This document shows positions 11,738-22,026 of a DNA stretch of 64,000 nucleotides, in pieces (position 1 is the first letter of the stretch; each line of letters opens with the position of its first letter). Source of the DNA: an uncultured bacterium (GTDB lineage Bacteria > Verrucomicrobiota > Verrucomicrobiia > Limisphaerales > UBA8199); the NCBI GenBank assembly GCA_963749495.1, contig CAVVMW010000008.1:1-64000 (forward strand), read 5' to 3'. The notes beneath the pieces were generated by a model. That model worked only from the letters and a program-made list of their open reading frames with translations. It was not told the DNA's origin and did not search any database. A program made the position numbers and the translations under genes.

Positions 11738-14700
11738 TCAGTCGTGAAGGGTTGCTTTTGGCAATTCGATCCAGAACCTGCTGCCTTTTCCGACTTCGGA
11801 TTCCACGCCGGTTTGTCCGCCCATCCGTTGGGCGGCTTTGCGCACGATGGCCAGGCCGACGCCGGTGCCGGGGTATTCACTTTCGCGGTGCAAGCGTTTA
11901 AACATGCCGAAGATCTGGGCTAGCGCCTCCTTGGGGATGCCGATGCCGTTGTCTTCGACCCAAATGCGGACGGTGCCGAGGGTTGAGGGTCGAGGGTCGA
12001 GGGTCGAGGGTCGAGGGTCGAGGGTCGAGGGTCGAGGGTCGGGCGCGGAATCTGGTTTGGGCATCGGACACTCCGCAGGATTCCGCACTCCGCACTCCGC
12101 ACTCCGCACTTCCTGCGGATTCCGCATTGCGCATTGCGCATTCCGCATTTCCTCGGCCCAGATGCGGACGCTGGGTTTGACGCCGGGGGCAACGAACTTG
12201 ACGGCGTTGCCCAGGAGGTTTGAGAAGACCTGGGTCAAGGCCGCTTCGTTGCCCATCACTACTACGTTGCCCAGGTCCCATTTGATTTCCACGTCCGGCG
12301 GCTGCAGGTTCGGGTAAGTGTCGAGTATGCCGCCCAACAGCTCGGCCAGGTCCACGGGCGCCATCGGCAACTCCCGGCGTATCGTTTCGCTGTATCTGAG
12401 GGCATCCCGGACCAACCCATCGAAGCGGTCGGCCGCCACCTTGATGCGATGCAGCCAATCCAGGGCGCTGGCATCCTGGCAGCCGGCGCACTTCTCCTCC
12501 AACATCCCGGCAAAGCCGTGGATGGTCCGCAACGGCGCCCGCATGTCATGGGCCAGGGCGTGCGAGAAATGTTCCAACTCGGAAGAGTAATCGGCCAGGG
12601 CGTCCTTGGCCTGGCCCAAGGCAACTTCCGCCTCTTTGCGCTCGGTGATGTCCTCGATGGACAGGACGATGGTTTTCGGGCCCTCGATGCGGCGGCCGCT
12701 CAGCAACATCGTGCGCCGGCCGATCGTCTCGAATTCGTGGGTCGCCTCGAACTGGTTGAACGAGCTGTTCCTGGGAAGGACATCTTCCAGCAGCTTGCGC
12801 AACGCCGGGATGTCCCACTGCCGGTTGCCCAGGTCATAGACCAGCCGGTTCTCAGTCTGCGCGGGAGTGACGTGGAAGGTCCGGTAAAAGGAATCATTGG
12901 CAACCTGCACCCGCAATCCTTCATCCAGGACGAGCAACGGCGGCACCGCCTCGATCACCGCCTGGGCGAAGTCGTGCGCCTGCTTGGCCTTCTGTTCGGC
13001 CCGTTTGAGCGCGTCAATGTCGACCAGCATCAGCACCGCGCCGTCGATCGTGTTGTCCAGCGTCAAATAGGGGCAGGCTCGCAGCAGGAACCAGCGGCCC
13101 GCCTTGTCTTGCACCTCGCGCTCAGCCGCGCTGGCGCTGTCGATGACCCCGGCCAGCAACTCTTCGAGGCCGGCAAACTCAAGATTGTGCCTGAGACTGC
13201 GCATGGGCCGGCCCATGTCAGAGGCCAGCAGGTTGAAGACCCCCTCAGCCAGAGCGGTGAAACGCCGGATGGTCAGGTCGCGCCCGACCACCAGAATCGC
13301 CGTATTGAGGTTGGCATGGAGATTGTTGAGGTCGCTGTTGAGTTGGTTCAATTCCGTGTTCCGGCCCGCGAACTGCTCGTTCAGGGTCGCCAGTTCTTCG
13401 TTGCTGGATTCCAGCTCTTCTTTGGACGTTTCAAGTTCCTCATTGACGCTCTGCATCTCCTCGTTGGCCGAAGTGGTCTCCTCATTCGAGGCCTGGAGTT
13501 CTTCATTGGCGGCTTCATACTGTTCCTGGAGCGATTGCAGATAATCCCGGGTCTCCGCCAACTCCTGCTCCAGTTCGGCAATGCGCCGCGCCGCCTGCCG
13601 CGGAGCCTCAGAGCGCGTGGACCGTTCTGAGGCGGCGGGTCTCGTGCCCTCGCGTTGCGCCGCGCCGCGCCCCGGCTCTTCGAACAAAACCAGGCAGCAC
13701 CGCTCCTTGAGGTTCTTCAGCGGGGTCACCTGGAGGGTCACCGTCCGCATGCCGCTATCGCTCTTGACTCGCACGTTTTCTTTGCGGACGGTCTGGCGTT
13801 GCTTCCTGGCTTGCTGGAGGGCGGCGCGCAGCGGGAGCATCAAACCCGCCCGGGCCATCTTGAGCAGGTCGAACCCTGCCTTCCCCGGGGGCGGCTCCAG
13901 GTAGGCCCCGGTCAAGCCGCGGAACTGCAGCACTTGCAACTGCGCGTTGACCAGGACCCCGGGCGGGGCGAACTGGTTTATCGTGAGCCGGTCGGCTTCC
14001 CGCTGCGCGCTCAACTCGGGCGTGGCGCCTCGTGCCGGGCCAATCCCCCCGGCGGGCGGCACTTCGGCCTGCCCCGCGGCTTGGCCCTTCCCGAGTGGCA
14101 GATGCCACTGCGGCGTGGCTCCGGGCTTGCGCGAAAAAACCTTCAGCTTTTTGTCAACCGGCTCGAACAGGTCAGTGAACGGGCCGATGGTTTCGGACGT
14201 GCCGAGCAACAGAAACCCTCCGGGCTCCAGGGCATAATGGAACCCAGGCAGGATGGCGTTCTGCAAGGACGGCTCGATGTAAATGAGCAGGTTGCGGCAA
14301 CTGATGAGGTCAAGGTGCGAGAACGGCGGATCGCTCAGCACGTTCTGCCGGGCGAAAATCACCATGTCGCGCAGCGCCTTCCTCACCCGGTAACCGCCTT
14401 GCTCCTTGATGAAGAAGCGCCGCAGCCGCTCCGGGAAATGTCCCGGGTGAAGCTCTTGGCATACAGCCCGTGGCGGGCCTTTTCCAGCAGCGCCTCGTTC
14501 AGGTCGGTGGCAAACACCTGGAGCTTGGACGTGGAGCCGGTCTCCTGGCAAAACTCGCTGAAAGCCATGGCGATGGAGTAGGCCTCCTGGCCGGTGGAAC
14601 AGCCCAGCACCCAAGCCCGCACCGGTTCGCCGGATGGCCGGCCGACGAGCTTCGGAAAGACCTTCCGTCTCAAGACCTCGAACGCTTCCGGGTTGCGGAA

Positions 14701-15669
14701 GAAACTGGTCACCGAGATCAGGAGGTCCGAGTAAAGCGCGCCCAGTTCCTTTGTATTGCCGCGCAGGGAATCCGCGTAGCCCTTCAGTGTGCCCGCTTTG
14801 TTCAACACCATCCGCCGGGTGATGCGCCGTTCGATGGTCTGGCGTTTATACAGGGAGAAATCAACCCCCGAGTGGTTGCGCACCAGCAGCAGGATCTCCT
14901 TGAGGCCGTCCTCGCTTCCCGCACGGCGTCGGCCCCCTGGTTCGGGCGACGGAACAGCAGGTCCATCGCCGGACCCTCTGTCCGGCTCCGCTGCGGTTGG
15001 ACTCGCAGACGGGGCCTTCCGAGCCCCGTTCACATACGGGTGCTTCGCAATCCGGGCCAGTTCCTGGGCGATGCCTTTGGGCGAGAGAACAAAATCGACG
15101 CAGCCCGCCGCAATCGCGTTGCGCGGCATCGAGTCGTATCGGGCCGATTCATCCTGGGCAAAGGTGAAGCCGCCCTCGGCCTTGATGGCTTCCAGACCCA
15201 CGCTCCCGTCCGAACCCGTGCCGGAGAGGATGATGCCGATGGCGCACTCGCGCTGGTCCTGCGCCAGCGATTCGAAAAACGAGTCAATCGCTCGCTGCGG
15301 CCGAGCGGCATCCTTCCGCGGCTCAAGCCGCAACACGCCATGGGTCATCGCCAGGCCGGCGTTGGGCGGGATGACGTAGATGTGGTCGGGCTCGACCGCG
15401 AGGTTATTGGTGACCTCGCGCACGGGCAGGGACGTTGTGCGGGCCAACAGCCCGGTGAGTGCGCTCTCATGGGCCGGGTCCAAATGTTGCACCAGCACAA
15501 AAGCCATTCCCGTGTCCAAAGGCAGCCGCTCCAGCAGGCGCGTAAAGGCCTCCAGCCCGCCCGCCGACGCGCCGATGCCCACGATGGGAAAGGGCTCCTT
15601 TCCTGAAGCCAGGGCGGCCTGCTGAGGCCGTGGTTTCTTGCCGCGAGACAGCCGGGTGTTGTTCTTCAT
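11738..15669 (-). CDS. CheB-CheR-PAS-histidine kinase fusion, frameshift near 14440
   Basis: GIGASAGG (CheB); GCSTGQEAYS and SCRNLLIY (CheR); ELQASNEE coiled coil; HDMRAPL H-box; DNGIG/GTGVGL ATPase boxes. Confidence 0.93.
11978..12148. repeat. Three heptamer tandem arrays inside the kinase CDS
   Basis: (GAGGGTC)x9 with the first unit imperfect, 11978-12040; (TCCGCAC)x4, 12082-12109; (TSCGCAT)x4, 12121-12148. Confidence 0.95.
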
Positions 15670-15865
15670 GGTTTAGTCCGGTTTAGGCCCTGAATGGGCA
15701 GAACTGCCCTCCCGGTCGGGTTCAACTGGGACTTTGAAAACCTGCCACATACAACTGGGTTTACTCTAGCCCCCCCTCTCGTCACTGGCAAATGAGCATT
15801 TCCGTAGTCCGCCTGAGACGGGGGCACAGCTTGACTGTACCACCACGCCCGAACGCCTAAGAGTT

Positions 15866-16026
15866 GGAGCGCGGACTTCAGTCCGCTTATGGCGTCCGAC
15901 GGCCGGGCTGGCGCGGGTCTTTTCCGAGGCCGGTCCTCCTTCCGCTTCTTTGAACTTTGAACACATCAGCCAGATCAAGCGTGGCGTGGTGGTTGGGCGG
16001 TCTAAGCGGACTGAAGTCCGCGCTCC
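15866..16026. repeat. REPIN-like element, 24-bp perfect inverted repeats
   Basis: GGAGCGCGGACTTCAGTCCGCTTA at 15866-15889; exact reverse complement at 16003-16026. Confidence 0.9.
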
Positions 16027-16092
16027 GGGTGGGAGTGTCTGGTGCTACTGTCCGGATGCGCCCGCCGGAGGGGCGGTTCTGCCACGCTGAGG

Positions 16093-17046
16093 TTACTTCG
16101 CAGCTTCGCGGGCAGGAGCCCGTTTAACCCACCAAACGAATCTGAGCGTCACTTCGTCGCCGGTCTTGATCGAGATGCCGCCGAGCGAGGGCGACGGAGG
16201 TTGGATCTTGAAATCGGTCATTTTGACGTGCGTCGAGCCGGAGAACTGAATCAGGCCGTCGGCGGTTGGCAATACGGTCACTGGCATGGTGATTGTGTTC
16301 GTTACCCCGGCCACACACAGATCGCCGGTGGCCTCGAACAGGCAAGAAGGCGAGTTCGCATCGCGAGGCGGCTCTTTGAGCGTGAGCGATGTCACCGTGC
16401 AGGTGATCCGGCGGCACGTCTCGGCGAGCAGCTTGCCGTACATGATTTCGTCCATGGCGTCGCTGTATTTGCGGCCGTCTTTTTCAACGCTCTTGAGCGA
16501 GCGCACGGGGATGAAGACGTTGGCCCTGGCCCCAATAGGGCCCGGACGCACCTCGCCGTTGGGGCGAGGGGGGAATCCGGGCCCGGCCTCGAGGCTGCCG
16601 CCAATCAGGTGACCCTCCACTTGCCAGTCGTGAACACTGGAGGTGCCCTCGATGCGGACGAGGTTTGTCACGCCCGCAGCGAACGAGATGTAGATGGCGG
16701 AACTTGCCGCCCCGGCGCCGGCTGCCGCCTCGTTGGCACCCGCGGCGGGTGCGGGCGGTGGTGCTGCGCTCTTCACTGCGGTCCGGGAAGCCGGGGGCAC
16801 GGTTCCGGGAGACGCCGGGGGAGCGGTTGTCGGTGGCGGCGCCGGGGTTTGAGTCTTGGCGAGTTGCGCCAGCCGCGCTTTGCCGGCATCGAGTTCCGTT
16901 TCCACTTGCACCAGGCGCGCTTCGCTATCCATCAACGCGCGGTCCAGGCGGGCGGCGCGCTGTTGAGACAGATGCCTGGTGACGGCCAGGAACGCAATCA
17001 GCCCGGCCAGTCCGATCACACCGAGAATGCACAAGGCCCGCTTCAT
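16093..17046 (-). CDS. Membrane-anchored YceI-domain protein
   Basis: N-terminal TM, coiled coil and Pro/Ala linker, then IEGTSSVHDW...MTDFKIQPP YceI motifs. Confidence 0.8.
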   Translation of the reverse strand: MKRALCILGVIGLAGLIAFLAVTRHLSQQRAARLDRALMDSEARLVQVETELDAGKARLAQLAKTQTPAPPPTTAPPASPGTVPPASRTAVKSAAPPPAPAAGANEAAAGAGAASSAIYISFAAGVTNLVRIEGTSSVHDWQVEGHLIGGSLEAGPGFPPRPNGEVRPGPIGARANVFIPVRSLKSVEKDGRKYSDAMDEIMYGKLLAETCRRITCTVTSLTLKEPPRDANSPSCLFEATGDLCVAGVTNTITMPVTVLPTADGLIQFSGSTHVKMTDFKIQPPSPSLGGISIKTGDEVTLRFVWWVKRAPAREAAK

Positions 17047-17187
17047 GACGTTCCCCGAGGGTGGCGAGTTGCCAGGACTTGTCAAGCTCAGGAGCAGGGT
17101 GGACAAATTGAGCTGAGCGGCAGAAGTTGAGCTTGCCTTCGTTCACGAAAAACGGCATGTTCACGTAACCGTGAACGGCTGAGTTTT

Positions 17188-18286
17188 GTGAACAAGACCA
17201 GATATTCGGGCCTGGCGCTGGAACGGGCCGCGGCTGTCAAACTGGGTGAACTGCTCGAAAGCATTCCCTGGCTCAAGGGCTGGACCGTTGAGCGCCAGTC
17301 CTCGCCGCGGGATAGCGGTTTTGATCTCCGGGCAACGGTGCCCATTCCCAGCGGGAGGACCGTCGAACTCTTGGTCCAGTGCAAGTCGGACCCCAGGCCG
17401 TCCCAATTCCCCTATGTTGTTTTGGGCAGTCAAGCAGACCCGCCACCCGTCAAGGTCTTCGCTGCGCCGTACATTTCGCCCAACATGGCCAAAACCTGCG
17501 AGGACAATGGTTGGAGCTGGTTTGATCTGGCGGGGAACTGCCATTTAGACGTCGCACGCGTCCTGTTCCTGGAGCGCAAGGGGAACGAACCGGTTCACGA
17601 ACCGCCCCGCACCAGTGCCAACCTCAGCACCCCAGAGTCGGCCCGAGTGATTCGCGCTTTATTGGTTCCAGAGCACGGAGGCAAGCTCTGGACCCAGAGG
17701 GAGATACAACTCCATTGCGACCCAAACGTTAGTCTCGGGCTGGTGAACAAGGTTGTGCGGCACTTGCGGGACGAGGCCTTCATCGAAAGCACCGAGGACG
17801 GTTTTCGTCTGCGCGATCCGCTGAGGCTCCTCTTGGCCTGGCGGGACGCCTACCGCTTCGACCGGCATCAGCAACGACCTTATTTCACCCTGAAAAAGGG
17901 ACCTGGCCTCCGGGACGCGCTGGCATCCCTCGAGTTCAACCACGGGTGGCCACGCAGCTTACTGCGCCTTTTCCGCCGCCGATTTCCAGGCGCCGCATGT
18001 TCGCCAGCCCAAGACCTGGCTTTTTGTCGGCGCGCTGTGGGAGGAGGAGTTCGCGGCAGCGGCGCAGGCGAAGCTGGTGGATTCTGGCGAAAACCTTGTG
18101 GTGCTCATTCCCGATGACCCCGGAGTCTTCTATCTCCAAGAATCCGACGGGGACCGTTTGGTTTGCACGAACCCGGTGCAGACCTACGTGGACCTGTGGC
18201 ATTGCGGCGGCCGCGGCAAAGAAGCGGCGCAGGCCCTGCTGGAGCAGAAGCTCAAGCCCGAATGGAAGCTGCGTCACGTGCTATGA
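17188..18286 (+). CDS. Type IV TA AbiEi-like antitoxin/regulator, frameshift near 17940
   Basis: APYISP, WFDLAGN, HTH VSLGLVNKVV and C-terminal PVQTYVDL...RGKEAA motifs. Confidence 0.75.
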
Positions 18287-18429
18287 AAGAGAAGTTCATG
18301 GCGCTGGATGCATACGGCCCGGCTCAGGTGGTCGAGTTTCATCATTCCACCCATCGCGAAGGGCGCCAGCGGCAGCAGCGCCGCGCCTTCGAATTAGTGG
18401 GGCAATTCCTGTCGCTGCTCCATGACTAA
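18283..18429 (+). pseudogene. Internally deleted cognate toxin (nucleotidyltransferase-type) remnant
   Basis: ATGA overlap with the antitoxin stop; only 48 aa (EKF..DAYGPAQV...RRAFELV), resembling a toxin C-terminus. Confidence 0.55.
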
Positions 18430-18520
18430 TCCACTCCACCTTGTTTTTGGGCCGTCGGTCCGCGGAACTCAAAGCGCGGACACTAGCGGTTGCCGCTCAG
18501 CAATCAACACGCGCTGAAGT

Positions 18521-20594
18521 ATGCCTTCTATTTTCGACATGCCGCCGCTTGAGGAGGGCGGGCCGATAGCCAGGGGAGGATATGCATATCAGGACCATGC
18601 GGCGGCGGCCTTCTGCCTTGAAATGTTCCAAGATGAGACTGTGGAGGCGGTTTGGTGCGAGACGCAAGACGACATTCTTCTGGACAGGAGACTGAATGGG
18701 GCTCGGATTGTCGAGTTCATCCAAGTCAAGAGCGATCAGCCTAATCAACTGTGGTCAATTGCCATGCTCTGTGGACGCGAAACACGAAACGGGGCGAAGG
18801 TCGTTGGTTCGTCCATACTTGACAAGCAGCTTGCGCGCGACCGCGGTGATGAGCAGGCGCATTTTCGCCTGGTGTCGCTTCGTGATGTAAACGCTGACCT
18901 GTCAATTCTGAGGCAAGCGCCCGAGCGACGAGACCAGGCTGCCCTGGGAGCCTTGATTACAAATATTGAGGCGGAAGTGGGTGCTTACACTTCTCCAAAA
19001 GGCAATGGCGTCGATTACTGGGTCCGCAATATGCAGTGGGATGTTCGGGAGTCCGCGCAGGCCTTGGAAAACAGTAATCTGCTCGCTCTTGAGCAACACC
19101 TGAACGAGGCTCTGCGTCCCTTGACCAACAGCTTTGCAAACGCCCGCCAGTTGCTCATTCTCTTGGCTGCCCGGTCCACTGACCTGGGAGACAGCCCTGT
19201 TCCCGCCACCGACATCGCGTCCTCAGTTCTTGATCTCCAGCCACTTGTCGCAACGCACTTGGTGACGGAGGAGCGTGGTGCCTTCTCCTTCACCGTCGCG
19301 ACTGTCGCGCATTGGTTTGCAGCCGAGGCGCTAAGATCCGGCGCGATCACGCCTGACGAGTTGGTGGAAAACCCTGACCGCCTCGAGCGTTGGCGTTTCC
19401 CGTTGGCAGTGTTCGTCGGCACCGGCTCGTTTACTGCGGTTTCGCTGTGCCTCGAAGTGCTGGCCCGAACACAACCCGCGTTCGCAGGCCTGATTCTCCA
19501 AGACGCGATCAGGGACTGGCATCTGGGGAGGCCGTGCCCGTTACCTCCTGCGCAGGAGTTGGCAGATCGGATTTATCGGACCGTGCTGGCGTGGCGCGAG
19601 GGTTTGGGTCCTCTTGCAGCACGCGTCCTGCCCAGTAATCAGCGACAGGAGCCGATGCGCTTGGCTGTTGTTATCGACGCTCCCCGCCACGTGACATGCT
19701 GCTGGCACAATGATACGAGTGTGCCCCAAGTATGGGGCACGGCTCAGGCGCCAGCGGGCGATGTCGGTTCATTCGAAATCTGGGGGGATGTCGCGGGAGA
19801 TCAGCCGGCATGGGTCTGGCGCCAGTCACAATCGCAGATCCGCTCGAGCTTGGCCAGATTGGTTCGGAACCGAGAATTCACCTTGGATACCGGACCCCTT
19901 GCTAAGGGAATCGCCTGGAACGAGGCATGTAGGAGGACAGTAAAGTCGGGATTCCAGGACGTCAGTATCTCTTTGGAGGAGTTGTGCCAAACTCGGCCCA
20001 GATTTCCTTCCGAACAGAGTCGCGGGCATGATCTTGGACGCCGAAATCCAGAGGCTTCAGGCCGCGGGTGAGGAGTTCCTGACAGCCCCTTATCCACAGG
20101 CGGATCGCGAGCCCACTTCCGGCTGGTTGGGTGATTATTTCTCCGTTGAGCGAGCATTGGCACGGGCCAGTGCCGTTTATGAAGCTGCTATCGCAGGCTA
20201 CGAGCAGATGGTGCGCCTCTGGTTTCCAAAATTCGCCCCACGCCTTAGGCACTTCGCGGTTTTGCCCGCCAGACTTGTTGGGATCGTCGTCGCTGAATCG
20301 GGACAACAACTCGCTCAGAACGCTACGTACTCATATCGTTTCGAACCCCTTCCGCGGTGCGAGCAGAGCACAGTCGAATTCCAGCTCGGAACAGAGGAAG
20401 AAGTACGCCAGTTGTTCACCGAGAGTCAGTCGGTCGCCAACGCCATCATGCAGTTTCGCCCCGAAGCCCTTGAGTGGATGGGAGTTTTCGGCCAAGGAGG
20501 TGGCATCGTCAACATTTGCCAGGCGGATGCCTGTTCTCGAATCGTTTATGGCTGGCTGGAAGACGATCTCAGTGAAGTCAAATGGCTCAGATGA
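18521..20594 (+). CDS. Cap4/DUF4297-type dsDNA endonuclease domain fused to a helical C-terminal region, frameshift near 20020
   Basis: GG.IARGGYAYQ, ETQDD and FIQVK nuclease motifs; no Walker A seen. Confidence 0.7.
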
Positions 20595-20610
20595 TTAAGA
20601 ATGCTCATCG

Positions 20611-20850
20611 ATGATTGATTCCAAACAACTCCTCACCGGCCTCCAGAAACGTGTCCGCCTACTCGACGATCACCTGCGCGGGCGGTCCAATGCGCAAGCG
20701 GAGGTAGATGGGCCGCTGCGGCGGAATTATGCGGCGGCGCGGAAGAAGGTGCTCACGCACGATACTGGCCACATGTTCGGGCTGGCCCATTGCCTCCGCT
20801 TCAGTTGCGTGATGAACGGGTCCACTCACCTGCAAGAGAGTGAGCGCGTT
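20611..20850 (+). pseudogene. BREX-2 PglX N-terminal stump fused in frame to an archaemetzincin-like fragment
   Basis: MIDSKQLLTGLQKRV...LRRNYAAARK resembles the PglX start; it is followed by HDTGHMFGLAHC...CVMNGSTHLQES. Confidence 0.6.
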
Positions 20851-20925
20851 TTTTTGCCGCCAGAGCCGCCCGGACGAGGCGTCCGCGCTCCTATCCGACG
20901 GCGCTTCTCACTGCGACCTCGGCAG

Positions 20926-22014
20926 TTACACGTGATCAACAGTTGCCGCCAACGCTCGCTGATACCACGGGCGCGATGCGTTGCAGACTTTGCAGACCGA
21001 CAGCATCACCGGCACTTCCACGAGCACCCCTACCACCGTCGCCAGGGCGGCGCCCGAGTTGGCCCCGAACAGGGTGATCGCCACCGCCACGGCCAATTCA
21101 AAGAAGTTGCTCGCCCCAATGAGCGCGCCCGGCGAGGCGACATTATGCTCCACCCGGAACAGGCGCATCAGCAGGTAGGCCAGCCCCGAATTGAAATAGA
21201 CCTGGATGACGATGGGCACCGCGATCAGCAACACCGCGAACCACCGCGTCGTCAGGTTCTCCGCCTGGAACGCGAAGATGAGGACCAGCGTGAGCAGCAG
21301 CGCGCCGATCATCACCGGATGGAACCTCGGCAGGAAATTCTGCTCGAACCAATCCCTCCCGCGCGATTTCAGCAGGGCCGTGCGCGTGAGCCAACCCGCC
21401 GTCAGCGGGATGACGATGAACACCACCACCGAGGTAATCAGCACCTTGGCCGGCACCACCACGTTGGCCACGCCGCACAAGAACATCACAATCGGAGCGA
21501 AGGCGACCAGCATGATAAGGTCGTTCACCGCCACCTGGACCAGGGTGTAGGCGGGGTCGCCATCCGTGAGATACGACCACACAAACACCATCGCGGTACA
21601 GGGCGCCGCCGCCAGAATGATAAGTCCGGCGGTGTACTCCTTGGCCATCTCCGGCCCGATCCAGGCCGCGAACACGTGCCGCATGAATATCCACGCCAGC
21701 AAGGCCATGCTGAACGGCTTGATCAGCCAGTTGACCACCAATGTCACCAGCAGCCCTCTCGGCCGCCGCGCTATCCCGCCGATGGCGCTGAAATCCACCT
21801 TGAGCATCATCGGGTAGATCATGAGCCAGAGCAGCACGCCGATGGGCACGTTCACCTGTGAGCCCTGCCCGAACTCCAGCTTGCTCAGGGACGCCGTCAT
21901 GCCAGGCAGCAGCTTGCCAACGCCCACGCCGATGACCATGCACACCAGGACCCACACGGTCAGGTAGCGTTCGAAGAAGGCCAGGCGCTTGGGAGATGAG
22001 GCCGGTCGGTCCAT
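20926..22014 (-). CDS. acr3: Acr3 arsenite efflux pump
   Basis: FFERYLTVWV, APCTAMV, SNFFELAVAVA and VEVPVML motifs. Confidence 0.96.
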   Translation of the reverse strand: MDRPASSPKRLAFFERYLTVWVLVCMVIGVGVGKLLPGMTASLSKLEFGQGSQVNVPIGVLLWLMIYPMMLKVDFSAIGGIARRPRGLLVTLVVNWLIKPFSMALLAWIFMRHVFAAWIGPEMAKEYTAGLIILAAAPCTAMVFVWSYLTDGDPAYTLVQVAVNDLIMLVAFAPIVMFLCGVANVVVPAKVLITSVVVFIVIPLTAGWLTRTALLKSRGRDWFEQNFLPRFHPVMIGALLLTLVLIFAFQAENLTTRWFAVLLIAVPIVIQVYFNSGLAYLLMRLFRVEHNVASPGALIGASNFFELAVAVAITLFGANSGAALATVVGVLVEVPVMLSVCKVCNASRPWYQRALAATVDHV

Positions 22015-22026
22015 GGGAACGGCGAG

